A stretch of 64,000 nucleotides of DNA, from NCBI GenBank assembly GCA_964418665.1, contig CAYQLZ010000010.1, positions 14,723-78,722 on the forward strand, given 5' to 3'. Below are positions 17,429-27,783 of the stretch, piece by piece; position 1 is the first letter of the stretch; every line of letters begins with the position of its first letter. The notes under the pieces were generated by a model. That model was not told the DNA's origin and searched no databases. It saw nothing but the letters and a program-made list of their open reading frames with translations. The stretch is from an uncultured Dehalococcoidia bacterium. Its GTDB lineage: Bacteria; Chloroflexota; Dehalococcoidia; Lucifugimonadales; GCA-2712585. A program made the translations under genes and the position numbers.

Positions 17429-19182
17429 GACCTCCGGTTCTTCTGGTGCCGGCCGATGTACCCCACCACCACCCGATTCGCTTCGTCATCCCAGTCGAAC
17501 GCTATCCGGATTGTGTTCTGCGGATCGAAACTCGTTCCCTTCCCCACGTGGGCGTCCAGCTCGTACACCCTGTCCCCAACCCTCGTTCGATACCACTCCG
17601 GGTACTGGTCCTTCGTCTCATCCGTCTGCTTCGGCTTGTAGAACCAGCCTGAGCACGCCTCCTTCAGCAGCTTGTCGAACCGCGGATCACGTCCGACTTC
17701 CCTCGTTCGCGCCCGGTGATACTCCGTTCCGAGCCACGCCAATACGTTATAGACCTCATCCGGCCTCTGGAACGGCGTCGCCAGGTCAGACTTGGAATTC
17801 AGCGCCACAACCAGCTGCTTCGAGAACGCCCTTCCCGCCCTCTCCACCGCGTCCCCCACGTCCCTGATCAGCTCTATCTCCTCATCTCTGTCATCCCCCA
17901 CCGACTTGCTGACCGAAACGAATTGCTCCCGCCACACCTTTTCGCTCTGCTGACTCTCGTAGAGATCCTGTCGAAGCCTGTCCACCACAACCTCCAAATC
18001 CGCCAGCTTCACCTCCAATCCCCGCCTCTCCGACTCCAGCGACTCCCTCTCCTCGCAAAGCCTCTGGTTGTCCCGTCGCGCTTGTTCCAGCTCCTCCAAA
18101 ACGGGCGCTGCCTCCGACGCGGCAACTGTCTCCTCGATTTCGGCCTCTACTCCAGAAGTGTCGCTTCCGGTGCCGCCCTCCTCATTCGCCTCCCTATCAG
18201 TCCGCTCGCGCAGTTCTTTCTCAAGAACATCGGCAGTTCTTACCAGTTCGTCCCATTCTTCCGAAAGTCCCAGCAGAAAGATCTCACATTGTTCCCGATC
18301 CACCCTCCGCTCTAATTCTTCCCTTCTCGTCTTGGCTATGGGCTTCAGCTTCATGTAGTCAAGAAGGCCGTCGTGCATGGCCTCCGCAACTATAACTGCC
18401 TTGGGGAACACGCCTGGATGCTCCTTTGCATCATCCTGCCAGCGGTTCAAGTCAATCTCGAGGTAATTCAGTTCATCCTCAAACTTTTCCTTCGATTCCT
18501 CCAGTACCATGTCCAGCCTTTCCGCCTCGTACACCACCCGTTCCACCATCTTCTCCCGTCCGATTAGTCCTGCTTCACGTAGAAAGGCGTCCAGTTCAAA
18601 CCATTCTTCGGCGTCAGGAGCCATCCCTCTCAACTGCTCCAGCCACCCATTCAGCAACTCGGACTCCAGGTCTTCGTCTTCCGGCAGGTCCGGAGCCATG
18701 CCGGAAACGCACGTCATCATCAGCTTCACGTCCGTCTCGTCTTCGCCGTTCGCCTCCGAGGCGACGATTCGCAGCTTTTCCAGCCAGTCCTCCTCATCCC
18801 AGACCTGAATGGCAACGTCATTCTTTCCCCTCAGCCCGTCTGTCGGGACACCAAGCCTGTCCAGGGCCATGGTCACCTGCGCCCGCAGCACCTCCCTCGA
18901 CTCCATCCACGTCCGCAGGATGGACCTGAGCAGCCTCTCGTTGCCGTCCGACAGCTGCTCGAATACGGGCCCCGAAAGCGTGTCAGCGTCCGCCTTGCTG
19001 GTGTCCCGAAATCCGGGCAATCTGAAGCCGCTGTTGTTGATGGCCGCATTCAGAGAGTCCCGCGCCCCCTGGGACACCTGCTCCCGGAATCGCAGGGCCT
19101 CGCCTACCACCTGTCTCATGTAACCGGGCGAAAACTGGTACATCACGTCCAGAACGGAAAGAACTTCTCTCACACTTTCCAT
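17425..19182 (-). CDS. large acidic coiled-coil protein of unknown function
   Basis: ATG 19182 has AGGAG 9 nt upstream. Long Glu/Arg/Leu heptad-like stretches, with a distinct C-terminal ~150-aa module ending IRIAFDWDDEANRVVVGYIGRHQKNRRS. Confidence 0.7.
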   Translation of the reverse strand: MESVREVLSVLDVMYQFSPGYMRQVVGEALRFREQVSQGARDSLNAAINNSGFRLPGFRDTSKADADTLSGPVFEQLSDGNERLLRSILRTWMESREVLRAQVTMALDRLGVPTDGLRGKNDVAIQVWDEEDWLEKLRIVASEANGEDETDVKLMMTCVSGMAPDLPEDEDLESELLNGWLEQLRGMAPDAEEWFELDAFLREAGLIGREKMVERVVYEAERLDMVLEESKEKFEDELNYLEIDLNRWQDDAKEHPGVFPKAVIVAEAMHDGLLDYMKLKPIAKTRREELERRVDREQCEIFLLGLSEEWDELVRTADVLEKELRERTDREANEEGGTGSDTSGVEAEIEETVAASEAAPVLEELEQARRDNQRLCEERESLESERRGLEVKLADLEVVVDRLRQDLYESQQSEKVWREQFVSVSKSVGDDRDEEIELIRDVGDAVERAGRAFSKQLVVALNSKSDLATPFQRPDEVYNVLAWLGTEYHRARTREVGRDPRFDKLLKEACSGWFYKPKQTDETKDQYPEWYRTRVGDRVYELDAHVGKGTSFDPQNTIRIAFDWDDEANRVVVGYIGRHQKNRRS

Positions 19183-19239
19183 GCTTGTAAGCTCCTGTCC
19201 AATCTTCCTGGTTCTGACACCGCAACCCACCCTATCCAG

Positions 19240-20886
19240 CTAGGTCAGATGCTCACCCCTGGCGGCAGAGAGCATATGCTCAAGCACGTCATGGCTCGTC
19301 ACGGTCCCGAGGAACTTTCCGCTCTGATTGTCAATGACCGGCGCCACCGTAATCCCCCGCTCGGTCATCCTCTGCAGCACGTCCTCGATGAAGTCATTCT
19401 TGTGCGCCACGAGAGGGTCGTGCCTCAGCACGTTTCTCACCGGCACCCTGTGCCATTCTCCTCTGGGCAGATACCTCAGCTTACTCAGGGATACGATGCC
19501 CACGAATTCGTCCTTATCCGTAACCACATAATCATCCTGGTACGAGTTTGCCCAAGTGTCAACAAATCGTCTCACCGTAATGTCAGGTTTCGGGTAGGAA
19601 CGCGAGGGGTCCAGTATGGACCCAACCTGCACCCCGTCCAGGGCGAAACTGGCCAGCGAAGCCGGGACAACCTTTGGCAGCTTGGCGTCCACAGGCTCCC
19701 GGCTCCTTCTGATGGTGAAGTCTAATATGGGCGGCACCACCAGTATGTAGATGAGCATTACCAGCACTATCAGGGAAAATACCTCGTCGGTGATATCCCC
19801 GTGCTGCAGCAACACCAGCAGCAGCGCAATTTCCGCCACACCTTTCGCCATCAGCCCCGCTGCCATCGGTAGCGGAATCTCCAGCCGGGCCAGATATGAC
19901 CCTATCAACGCTCCGGCAACCTTCGCCAACAGGGGAACTATAACCAGCGCGGCGATAGTCCAGGGTGGGAGATTGACGAAGTCCAGGCTGAAGTACAACC
20001 CTGCCGATGCGAAGAACAGCGGCACGAACAACCCACCGGCTACGCTCCGCATTCCCGGCATTATGTCAACTTTAAGCTCGTGAGGCAGGCCCGAGAGCAC
20101 CGCCCCGAAAAGCAGAGCCCCGATGGTGCCGTGCAGTCCCATCCTCTCCGCAAGTATCACCATCACAAACAGCCCGCCCAACAGCAGCCCGAAGGAAAGC
20201 TGGGGCACGTTGAAATACTTTTGCAGGAACATGATCACATGAGGCGCTACCTTCCGCGACAGGACCCACGTTACCACCGTGAAACCCGCAATCTGCCCCA
20301 AGAGCAGCCCCACCCTCCACACACTCGGCACAGCCGAATCACCCTCCCCGTGCTCACCTATGGTAAAGCCCACGATCAATAGTGCCAATAGTTCCGCAAT
20401 AACTACCGTGGAGAAGATCTGTATCCCCACGGGCTTGCTCAGGTGGCCCCCGTCCGAGAGCACTTTCGCTACCAGCCCCAGGCTCGACAGCGCCAGCACG
20501 CCGGACAACGCCAGTGCCGCGGTGAATGTCAATCCCAACTGGAAGTCGATCAGATAGTCCGTCGTTACCAATAGAGCCCCAAGCAGGGCGATTAACAGTG
20601 ACGCAATCGCCGCAACGAAGAAGCGTCCCTGGATCGAAGCTATGAAGGCGGATATATCAATCTCGTCCAATCCGATCAGGAAGAAAAACACGAATATCCC
20701 GATACCCAGCAGCACGCTAAGCTCCTGGCTCAGCTCCACCAGACCTAATACCGGCCCCAACACCACCCCGGTCGCCGCATAGGCAAGCACCGAGTTCAAC
20801 CCGAATCGGCGGCCCACTCCCTCGGCCAACTTAGCCACCACCACAAGGAGCCCTATCGATAGTATTGCTTCAGCTTCGTTTCCCAA
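19240..20886 (-). CDS. cation:proton antiporter with C-terminal CBS pair
   Basis: ~390-aa polytopic Na+/H+ exchanger-like body followed by two CBS-like repeats (VGIVSLSKLRYL..., LGTVTSHDVLEHM). TTG start; the exact start is uncertain. Confidence 0.8.
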   Translation of the reverse strand: MGNEAEAILSIGLLVVVAKLAEGVGRRFGLNSVLAYAATGVVLGPVLGLVELSQELSVLLGIGIFVFFFLIGLDEIDISAFIASIQGRFFVAAIASLLIALLGALLVTTDYLIDFQLGLTFTAALALSGVLALSSLGLVAKVLSDGGHLSKPVGIQIFSTVVIAELLALLIVGFTIGEHGEGDSAVPSVWRVGLLLGQIAGFTVVTWVLSRKVAPHVIMFLQKYFNVPQLSFGLLLGGLFVMVILAERMGLHGTIGALLFGAVLSGLPHELKVDIMPGMRSVAGGLFVPLFFASAGLYFSLDFVNLPPWTIAALVIVPLLAKVAGALIGSYLARLEIPLPMAAGLMAKGVAEIALLLVLLQHGDITDEVFSLIVLVMLIYILVVPPILDFTIRRSREPVDAKLPKVVPASLASFALDGVQVGSILDPSRSYPKPDITVRRFVDTWANSYQDDYVVTDKDEFVGIVSLSKLRYLPRGEWHRVPVRNVLRHDPLVAHKNDFIEDVLQRMTERGITVAPVIDNQSGKFLGTVTSHDVLEHMLSAARGEHLT

Positions 20887-20951
20887 TTGACGCCAATTTA
20901 CCCCCTTCCATGAAACTCAGTCCAATCGAGCCAGGAAACCCGTAACAGAAA

Positions 20952-21929
20952 CTACTCAACCTGGTCCAGCAGGCTCCGCAATTCCCGGACGCCCACGTTG
21001 CCTCCGCTGATGACACACGCCACCGTGGATCCCTTTGGCACGGAAACCCTCCCTGACAGCAGGGCGGCCACGCCCGCTGCTGCCGCAGGTTCCACCACCA
21101 GCTTGCATCTCTCCATCAGCACCACCATCGCCTCCAGTATCTCATTGTCCGGGAGTCTGACCACCTCGTCCACAAACTTCTGAACATGGGCCAGCGTATG
21201 CTCGCCCGCAAAGGGGGCAGCCAGCCCGTCCGCCACCGTCTCACGCTTTTCCAGCTTTTCCGGCGTTCCAGACTTCAGGCTCCGGCTGATGGCGTCCGCA
21301 CCCTCCGGTTCCACACCCACCACCCTCACCAAGGGCTTCTGCTGCTTGATAGCGGCCGCCACCCCGGAAATCAGCCCGCCACCGCCAATCCCCGACACCA
21401 CCACGTCCACCTCCGGCTCATCCTCCAGAATCTCCAACCCCACCGTTCCAGCTCCGGCAATTATCTTCAGATCATCGAAGGAATGCACCATCGTCAGGCC
21501 GCCTTCCCGCTGCACCGCCTCCGTCGCCTCCTGCAGGTCCCCTCCCGCCAGGTGCACCCTGCCGCCGTAGCCCTCGGTGGCTGCTATCTTGGTTTGGCTC
21601 GCCCCCTCCGGCATGACGATTAACGACTCTATGCCCTGCTGCGACGCGGCATAGGCCAGCGATTGGGCGTGATTCCCTGCCGAAAGCGAAACCACGCCCC
21701 TCTTCTTCTCCTCGTCAGTCAGCGCGTTCAGCTTGTTCAACACCCCACGCACCTTGAAGGACCCCGTCTTCTGAAACAGCTCCAGCTTCAGCACGATTCG
21801 TGCCCCAATCCGGTTGCTCAGATACTCGGAACCCACCATTGGTGTGCGGTGGACCAGGCCCTTGAGGAATTTCTGTGCCTCCCGTATCTCCTCCAGGGTG
21901 ACCATCTGAGTATTCCCTGACATCGCCAT
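20952..21929 (-). CDS. PLP-dependent threonine/serine dehydratase (short, catabolic type)
   Basis: KLELFQKTGSFKVRG (PLP lysine), SAGNHAQSLAYAA, GIGGGGLISG. The start overlaps the stop of the upstream dipeptidase gene by 1 nt. Confidence 0.85.
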   Translation of the reverse strand: MAMSGNTQMVTLEEIREAQKFLKGLVHRTPMVGSEYLSNRIGARIVLKLELFQKTGSFKVRGVLNKLNALTDEEKKRGVVSLSAGNHAQSLAYAASQQGIESLIVMPEGASQTKIAATEGYGGRVHLAGGDLQEATEAVQREGGLTMVHSFDDLKIIAGAGTVGLEILEDEPEVDVVVSGIGGGGLISGVAAAIKQQKPLVRVVGVEPEGADAISRSLKSGTPEKLEKRETVADGLAAPFAGEHTLAHVQKFVDEVVRLPDNEILEAMVVLMERCKLVVEPAAAAGVAALLSGRVSVPKGSTVACVISGGNVGVRELRSLLDQVE

Positions 21930-23134
21930 TAAAGACCTTCCTCCAACAGGGCTTCCGAAGGCCCTCGCTCTATGCGCTCTGATCCCGACTCCACGTCTCT
22001 CATGACCCGAAGCACGTTCTCACCCAGAATCTTGCGAATCTCCTCATCCTGGTACTCCCGCCGGAGCAGTTCCGCCGTCAGCAGGTGGTACCCGGAAACA
22101 TCCTCCAGCCCCTTGGGCAGCGAGACCGTACCATCGTAGTCTCCGCCTATTCCCACGTGGTCAATCCCAGCCACTTCTCGGATGTGGTCTATGTGGTCCG
22201 CCACGTCCGCCAGCGTCGCCTCCGGTTTCGGGTGCTCCTCCCGCCAGCGCTCCATTCCGACCTCAACCGCCTTCCCGTCACCCCCCATGTCCTCCAGCAT
22301 CAGCCGCTGCCGCTCCACTTCCATCGCCTTCTCATGCGCGAAGACCGTATCAGAAACGAACGCAGACACAAACGTCACCATCACAACCCCGCCGTTCTGC
22401 GGCATCCGCGATAGCACGTCGTCCGGCACGTTCCTGGGATGAGACGCAACGGCCCTGGACGACGAATGGCTGAATATCACCGGCACCTCCGACACATCCA
22501 ACGCGTCGTGCATCGTCGCCGCCGAAACGTGGGACAGGTCCACCATCATCCCCAGACGGTTCATCTCCCGCACCACCTCCCGGCCGAAGTCCGTCATCCC
22601 ATGCGCCGCCGGCGCGTCCGTGCAGGAGTCCGCCCACGGCACGTTCTTGTTATGCGTCAGCGTCATGTACCGTGCCCCAAGTCGATAGAACATCCGCAAA
22701 GCCCCCAAAGACCCACCGATGCAGTGTCCGCCCTCCATGCCGATTAACGACGCTATCTTACCGTCCCTGAAAGCCTCCTCCACCCCGTCTGCCGTCAACG
22801 CAAGACCCAGGTCCCCGGGATAAGCCCGGACCATGTTGTACACCACGTCAATCTGCTCCATCGTCGCCTGCACCGCTTCGCCACCCGACAGACCGGTGTC
22901 CATGTACACCGACCAGAACTGCCCGCCAACGCCGCCCTCCCGCAGACGAGGTATGTCCGTGTGAAGGCCCAACTCATCCTGGCGACTTCCAATATCGATC
23001 CGGGAAACCGCCCGCTGCGCCCTCAAACGGTACTGCCACGGCAAGTCGTTGTGCCCGTCGATTAGGGGCGTCCCACGATGCAGGGCCCTGGCCCTCTCCA
23101 GAAATCCTTCCAGTCCCGTGCTGCCTGAAGTCAT
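21929..23134 (-). CDS. membrane dipeptidase (peptidase M19)
   Basis: DGHNDLPWQYR, MTLTHNKNVPWADS, DLSHVS, FSHSS and GIGGDYDG motifs. ATG 23134 is chosen because GGAGG lies 5 nt upstream; the track start is TTG 23185. Confidence 0.85.
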   Translation of the reverse strand: MTSGSTGLEGFLERARALHRGTPLIDGHNDLPWQYRLRAQRAVSRIDIGSRQDELGLHTDIPRLREGGVGGQFWSVYMDTGLSGGEAVQATMEQIDVVYNMVRAYPGDLGLALTADGVEEAFRDGKIASLIGMEGGHCIGGSLGALRMFYRLGARYMTLTHNKNVPWADSCTDAPAAHGMTDFGREVVREMNRLGMMVDLSHVSAATMHDALDVSEVPVIFSHSSSRAVASHPRNVPDDVLSRMPQNGGVVMVTFVSAFVSDTVFAHEKAMEVERQRLMLEDMGGDGKAVEVGMERWREEHPKPEATLADVADHIDHIREVAGIDHVGIGGDYDGTVSLPKGLEDVSGYHLLTAELLRREYQDEEIRKILGENVLRVMRDVESGSERIERGPSEALLEEGL

Positions 23135-23274
23135 CGTCGCCTCCAAACCCAGTGATTCTGGCTGCTCCGCTGCCAGTATACTCAACTCACTACTCCCGTG
23201 CTACCAAGCCCCTCCATATAGCATACTGGCATCAGACCTTGTATAGTTGAGAATACACCTGATCGGGAGCGTAC

Positions 23275-23523
23275 GTGACCACAAACGAGAATCTCGGTGA
23301 ACGCGTCATCCGGCTGGAAGGCGTCTGCGAGCATCTCGCCACCAAGGCAGACCTCGCCAACGTAAAGGCCGAACTCAGGGCGGAAATCGCCGGAACGAAT
23401 GCAAAGACCGATTGGTTGACAGCGGAGATGGCTCGCCGGGAGACGCGAATGTTCCTACGCATGGGCGTCCTCGTCGTTGCCTCGGTCACTGCCGCCGTCG
23501 GCTTCTCCCGCCTCCTCGGCTGA
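23275..23523 (+). CDS. small coiled-coil protein with C-terminal TM anchor
   Basis: 82-aa ORF with GTG start. It has a heptad-like segment (LATKADLANVKAELRAEIAG) and then a hydrophobic tail (MGVLVVASVTAAVGF). Function unknown. Confidence 0.45.
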   Translation: MTTNENLGERVIRLEGVCEHLATKADLANVKAELRAEIAGTNAKTDWLTAEMARRETRMFLRMGVLVVASVTAAVGFSRLLG

Positions 23524-23549
23524 TACCAACCATCTAAGGAGTACACGCA

Positions 23550-24977
23550 ATGTCCAACGACGACCTTTCCTACTCCTCCGCATCCCTCCTCCTCCAACTC
23601 CTTTCCAACAGGCGAGTCTCCCCCGTGGAACTCACCAAGCTCTACCTGGAACGTATCGAGAGACTGGACCCGCAGTTGAATTCGTTCCTGCTCGTCACCC
23701 ACGAGCAGGCCCTCGCCGATGCAAAAGCCGCCGAGGACGCCATCATGCGCGGCGACGACCTCGGCCCCCTCCACGGCCTCCCAATCTCCATCAAGGACAC
23801 CCAGATGACCAGGGGCGTCCCCACCACCACCGGCTCACTCCTCTTCAAAGACCGCATCCCTGATAGGGACGCTGCCGTCGTCGAACGCGTCAAGAAGGCC
23901 GGCGCCATCATGCTCGGCAAGACAAACACCTCCGAATTCGCCCTCGTCGGCATGTGCGAAAACCGCCTCGGCGACCATGGCCGAAACCCCTGGAACACCG
24001 ACTACACCCCCGGCGGCTCAAGCGGCGGCGCTGCCGCGGCAGCCTCCGCCTTCCTGTGCCCCCTATCCACCGGCGGTGATGGCGGCGGTTCCATACGCAT
24101 CCCCGCCAGCCTCTGCGGCATCTACGGCATCAAACCCACCCAGGGCCGCGTTTCCGGCTACACCGGCGTCGAAGGCCCACCCGCCCCAAACTTCTTCGGA
24201 CAGCAGGGCCCCCTCACCCGCACCGTACGCGACTCCGCCCTCCTCCTGCAGGTCCTCGCAGGCCACGACCCCCGAGACCCCAACTCCCTCCGTCACAAAA
24301 CACCCAACTTCCTGGACGCCCTCGAGCGCGACATCAAGGGCCTGCGCATCGCTTGGAGCTCCGACTACGGCTTCGCATCCGTGGAACCGGAAGTCCTCAG
24401 AATCACCACCGACGCCGTCAAGACGTTCCAGGTGCTTGGCGCCTACATCGGCGACGCCAAGCTCAAGATGGACGACCCCTACCAGGCTTTCGGCCCAATC
24501 TACGAGTCTGCCGCCTACCTCAACTACGGCGACAAACGAGATACCCAGGGCCACATGATGACCCACTACGCCCGCGAATACCTGGAGATGGGTTCGAAGG
24601 TCACCCTGGCCGACTACTCCCGCGCCCTCGGCAGACGGGATCAGCTCAAGGCCCAGGTGGCCGACGTCTTTGAAGACTACGACCTCCTCATCTCTCCCAC
24701 CCTCGCCGTCCCCGGCGTCCCTGTCGGTCAGTTCCCGGAGCAGATAGCCGGCAAGCCTTCCTATCCCCACAAGTATTTCAGCTTCCACCCCTTCACCTAC
24801 CCCATCAACGTTGTCGGCCACCCCGCCGCCAGCATCCCTGCCGGATTCTCAGCCGACGGGCTCCCCATCGGCCTTCACATCGTTGGCCGCATGTACGACG
24901 AGGAAACCGTCATCGCCGCCTCCGCCGCCTTCGAAAAGGCCCGCCCCTGGATAGACAAACGCCCCCCCGTCTCCTGA
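23550..24977 (+). CDS. amidase (amidase-signature family)
   Basis: AAGGAG RBS. GGSSGGAAAAASAF...GGDGGGSIRIPASLCG is the amidase signature. Confidence 0.9.
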   Translation: MSNDDLSYSSASLLLQLLSNRRVSPVELTKLYLERIERLDPQLNSFLLVTHEQALADAKAAEDAIMRGDDLGPLHGLPISIKDTQMTRGVPTTTGSLLFKDRIPDRDAAVVERVKKAGAIMLGKTNTSEFALVGMCENRLGDHGRNPWNTDYTPGGSSGGAAAAASAFLCPLSTGGDGGGSIRIPASLCGIYGIKPTQGRVSGYTGVEGPPAPNFFGQQGPLTRTVRDSALLLQVLAGHDPRDPNSLRHKTPNFLDALERDIKGLRIAWSSDYGFASVEPEVLRITTDAVKTFQVLGAYIGDAKLKMDDPYQAFGPIYESAAYLNYGDKRDTQGHMMTHYAREYLEMGSKVTLADYSRALGRRDQLKAQVADVFEDYDLLISPTLAVPGVPVGQFPEQIAGKPSYPHKYFSFHPFTYPINVVGHPAASIPAGFSADGLPIGLHIVGRMYDEETVIAASAAFEKARPWIDKRPPVS

Positions 24978-25050
24978 CCCATCTCCGTCATTCCTGCGAA
25001 GGCATACCCCTTCATAACCTACACACTAGTCCCCCAAGACCTCTTCCCCC

Positions 25051-25092
25051 TCGATGGGGGAAGATTAATATGGGGGAGATTCGGGCGGTGAG
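25051..25092. repeat. hairpin repeat, copy A
   Basis: CTCTTCCCCC-TCGAT-GGGGGAAGA-TTAATATGGGGG. It is followed (25093-25175) by a second imperfect GC-rich inverted repeat (GAGGGGCGAGGCTTGC ... GCAAGAACCCACTCCCC). Confidence 0.6.
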
Positions 25093-25228
25093 AGGGGCGA
25101 GGCTTGCATTTACGCAAAGGTCTCCGAAAGCAAGAACCCACTCCCCACCCCTGTTTGACCCCCTCAACCCTCCCCTCCTATAATCCCAGCAAGTCCTGTT
25201 CGACCCACTCTCCACCCGCGGAGGCCCC

Positions 25229-26092
25229 ATGCCGTCCCACCTCGCCATGACCGTAGGCAACGTCCAGATCGTCGCCCTCACCGACATGAGCTTCCCCTTC
25301 CCCATGCCCCTCAACGAGCTCTGGCCCGAGGTCCCTGTCGACGCCTGGAATGAGTATCGACAACGGTATCCCGATACCTTCCACGATGACCTCATGCTCA
25401 TCGAAATCGGCTGCTACCTCCTCCGCACCCCACAGCAGACCATCCTCATCGACACCGGCTACGGCCCCGGCCCCATCGAGTCCGCCGGCGGCCTTGAAGG
25501 CGAGCTTATGGACCACCTCGCCGCCCAGAACGTCCCACTCCACGAAATCGACACCGTCTTCCTCTCCCACCTCCACAGCGACCACGTAGGCTGGAACACC
25601 GTCGAGCAGGACGGCGAATACGTCCCCGCCTTTCCCAACGCCCGCTACGTCGTTCACGAAGACGACCTGGCCCATTTTCGCAGACCCGACATCCAGGCCA
25701 CCCAGTCCATCACCTTCATGCAACCCTCCGTCGAGCGACTCGTCGAACTCGGCCTCCTCGACACCCTATCCGAAGACTCCGACCTCACCCCGGAGGTCCG
25801 CGCCATCCACACCCCCGGCCACACCCCGGGCCACATGAGCATCCTCGTCTCCTCCCAGGGCGAGCAGGCCCTCATCGAGGGTGACGTTTTCGTCCATCCC
25901 GCCCAGATCACCGAGGACGAATGGAACTGCCACTTCGACTACGACCGGCCCCTCTCCAACAAGACCCGCCGCGCCATGTTGCAAACCATCGAAGACGGAA
26001 ACATCACCGTCGTAGCCTGCCACTTCCCCCTCCCAGGCTACGGCTCCATAGTCCGGGAAAACGGCAAACGCTACTGGAAACCCTCCCCATAA
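25229..26092 (+). CDS. MBL-fold metallo-hydrolase
   Basis: LSHLHSDHVGW (HxHxDH) and TPGHTPGH motifs. GGAGG RBS. Confidence 0.85.
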   Translation: MPSHLAMTVGNVQIVALTDMSFPFPMPLNELWPEVPVDAWNEYRQRYPDTFHDDLMLIEIGCYLLRTPQQTILIDTGYGPGPIESAGGLEGELMDHLAAQNVPLHEIDTVFLSHLHSDHVGWNTVEQDGEYVPAFPNARYVVHEDDLAHFRRPDIQATQSITFMQPSVERLVELGLLDTLSEDSDLTPEVRAIHTPGHTPGHMSILVSSQGEQALIEGDVFVHPAQITEDEWNCHFDYDRPLSNKTRRAMLQTIEDGNITVVACHFPLPGYGSIVRENGKRYWKPSP

Positions 26093-26094
26093 GT

Positions 26095-26142
26095 CCCTTC
26101 CCCCTTGACGGGGGAAGGTTAGGATGGGGGTGATTCCCCCCC
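26095..26142. repeat. hairpin repeat, copy B
   Basis: CCCTTCCCCC-TTGAC-GGGGGAAGG-TTAGGATGGGGGTGATTCCCCCC, starting 3 nt after the MBL stop. Confidence 0.65.
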
Positions 26143-26163
26143 AATCCAGATAAAGGACACGCC

Positions 26164-27408
26164 ATGACCAACAACGACTCCATCACCCTCCTCAACGCAA
26201 TAGACACCAACGCCATGCTGGACCTCGCCCAGGACATGGTCCGAATCCCCAGCTTCAAGACGGAAGAGTCCGACCTCGCCCGCTTCCTCGCCGAATTCCT
26301 CGGCGACCGCGGCTACGACGTCGACCTTCAGGAAGTTGATGCAGGTCGCTTCCAGACCATCGCAACCCTCAAGGGCGCAGGCGGCGGCAAGTCCCTCATG
26401 CTGAACGGTCACATAGACATGGACCCCCTAGCCATGGGCTGGAACCGCGACCCCTGGACCCCCTCCGTCGAGGGCAACCGCATCTTCGGCGGAGGCATCC
26501 GCAACATGAAGGCCGGCGTAGCATCCATGATTACCGCCGCCGAGGCCGTCCGGCTCTCCGGCACTAAGCTCAAGGGCGACCTCATCCTAGCCTGCGTTGT
26601 TGGCGAACTTCAGGGAGGCGTCGGCACGTCGTATCTCGTCAAGAACGGCCCTCTCGCCGACATGGCAGTCGTCCCAGAACCCTTCGGCTCCGAAAACGTC
26701 GTCACCGTCCACGCCGGCGTCCTCGAAATGGCCGTCCACGTCCTCGGCAACTCCCGCCACATCAGCCGTAAGGAAGAAGCCGTCGACGCCATCGCGAATA
26801 TGTGCAAGGCAGTCCCCGCCATCGGCAACGTGGACTTCACATACGAGCCCCGCGCCGACCTCCCCGGTCTCCCCAGAATCAACGTCGGCGCCATCATCGG
26901 AGGGCGTGGACGCGACTACGACCTCAAGGGCCCCAACTTCGTCTCCGACTTCTGCACCGTCCTCGTCGACGTCCGCTACCTCCCTGGCATGACTTCACAG
27001 TCCGTGAAGGCCGACATCCGACGCGCCCTCGACAAGATAGCCGAATCCAACCCCGACTTCCGCTACGAAATAGAACTCCCCCCGGACCCCAGGCACAAGA
27101 TATTTCGCGTCATCATGGAACCCTTCGACCTCCCCCGCGACGAATACATCCTCCAGTCCGTCCTGCGCCACTACCGCACCGTCACCGGCGGAGAACCGGA
27201 GGGCCTCGGCGCCGTCCTACCCTACTCCTACACCGGCGACGACACCTGCCATCTGTGGCAGGCCGGCGTCCCCTGCCTCCTCTTCGGCCCCGGCGGCGGC
27301 TCCGAGTCCGACACCATCCCAGACGAATACATCCGCATCTCCGATATGGAGGAAGTCGCCAAAGTCCTCTCCCTCACCGCCCTCGACGTCTGCAACCTCC
27401 CCGCCTAA
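26164..27408 (+). CDS. M20 family metallopeptidase (ArgE/DapE-like)
   Basis: 414 aa. LMLNGHIDMDP and GGGIRNMKAG are motifs typical of the M20 family. Confidence 0.8.
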   Translation: MTNNDSITLLNAIDTNAMLDLAQDMVRIPSFKTEESDLARFLAEFLGDRGYDVDLQEVDAGRFQTIATLKGAGGGKSLMLNGHIDMDPLAMGWNRDPWTPSVEGNRIFGGGIRNMKAGVASMITAAEAVRLSGTKLKGDLILACVVGELQGGVGTSYLVKNGPLADMAVVPEPFGSENVVTVHAGVLEMAVHVLGNSRHISRKEEAVDAIANMCKAVPAIGNVDFTYEPRADLPGLPRINVGAIIGGRGRDYDLKGPNFVSDFCTVLVDVRYLPGMTSQSVKADIRRALDKIAESNPDFRYEIELPPDPRHKIFRVIMEPFDLPRDEYILQSVLRHYRTVTGGEPEGLGAVLPYSYTGDDTCHLWQAGVPCLLFGPGGGSESDTIPDEYIRISDMEEVAKVLSLTALDVCNLPA

Positions 27409-27411
27409 CCC

Positions 27412-27783
27412 CTATCCCCCCGCCTCAATAGCCACCCGTCCCCCTTCATCCACATCCACATACAACCCATGTCCCCTCAAGAGTTGCATCCCGACCAATG
27501 GCCTCTTCCCCGTCGCGTCAGCTGCAATATATCGCTCCCGACCGTCCCATTCCACCACGACTGCATGCAAACTAAATCGTACTTGAGACCCGTCGGCCAA
27601 GAATCCTAAGCCTTTCTTGAGAATGGGTAGGTCCAACTCTGCTGCAAGCGTCGGCGGCAACGTCAGGAAGCCGTTGAATCCCGTGTCGATGACCGCCTCT
27701 ATCTCCCGCGTCCTTACCGACGATCCCCGGATGACAAGCTTCACCACTGCCTCCATCCCGTCATTTACCTGTCCCTGAATCAA
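27412..27783 (-). CDS. retropepsin-like clan AA aspartic protease (DTGF type)
   Basis: 123 aa with AVIDTGFNGFLTLP, the DTGF signature of the AF_0612-like family (TIGR03698, from memory). The TTG start overlaps the upstream stop by 4 nt; an alternative ATG is at 27756. Confidence 0.7.
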   Translation of the reverse strand: MIQGQVNDGMEAVVKLVIRGSSVRTREIEAVIDTGFNGFLTLPPTLAAELDLPILKKGLGFLADGSQVRFSLHAVVVEWDGRERYIAADATGKRPLVGMQLLRGHGLYVDVDEGGRVAIEAGG

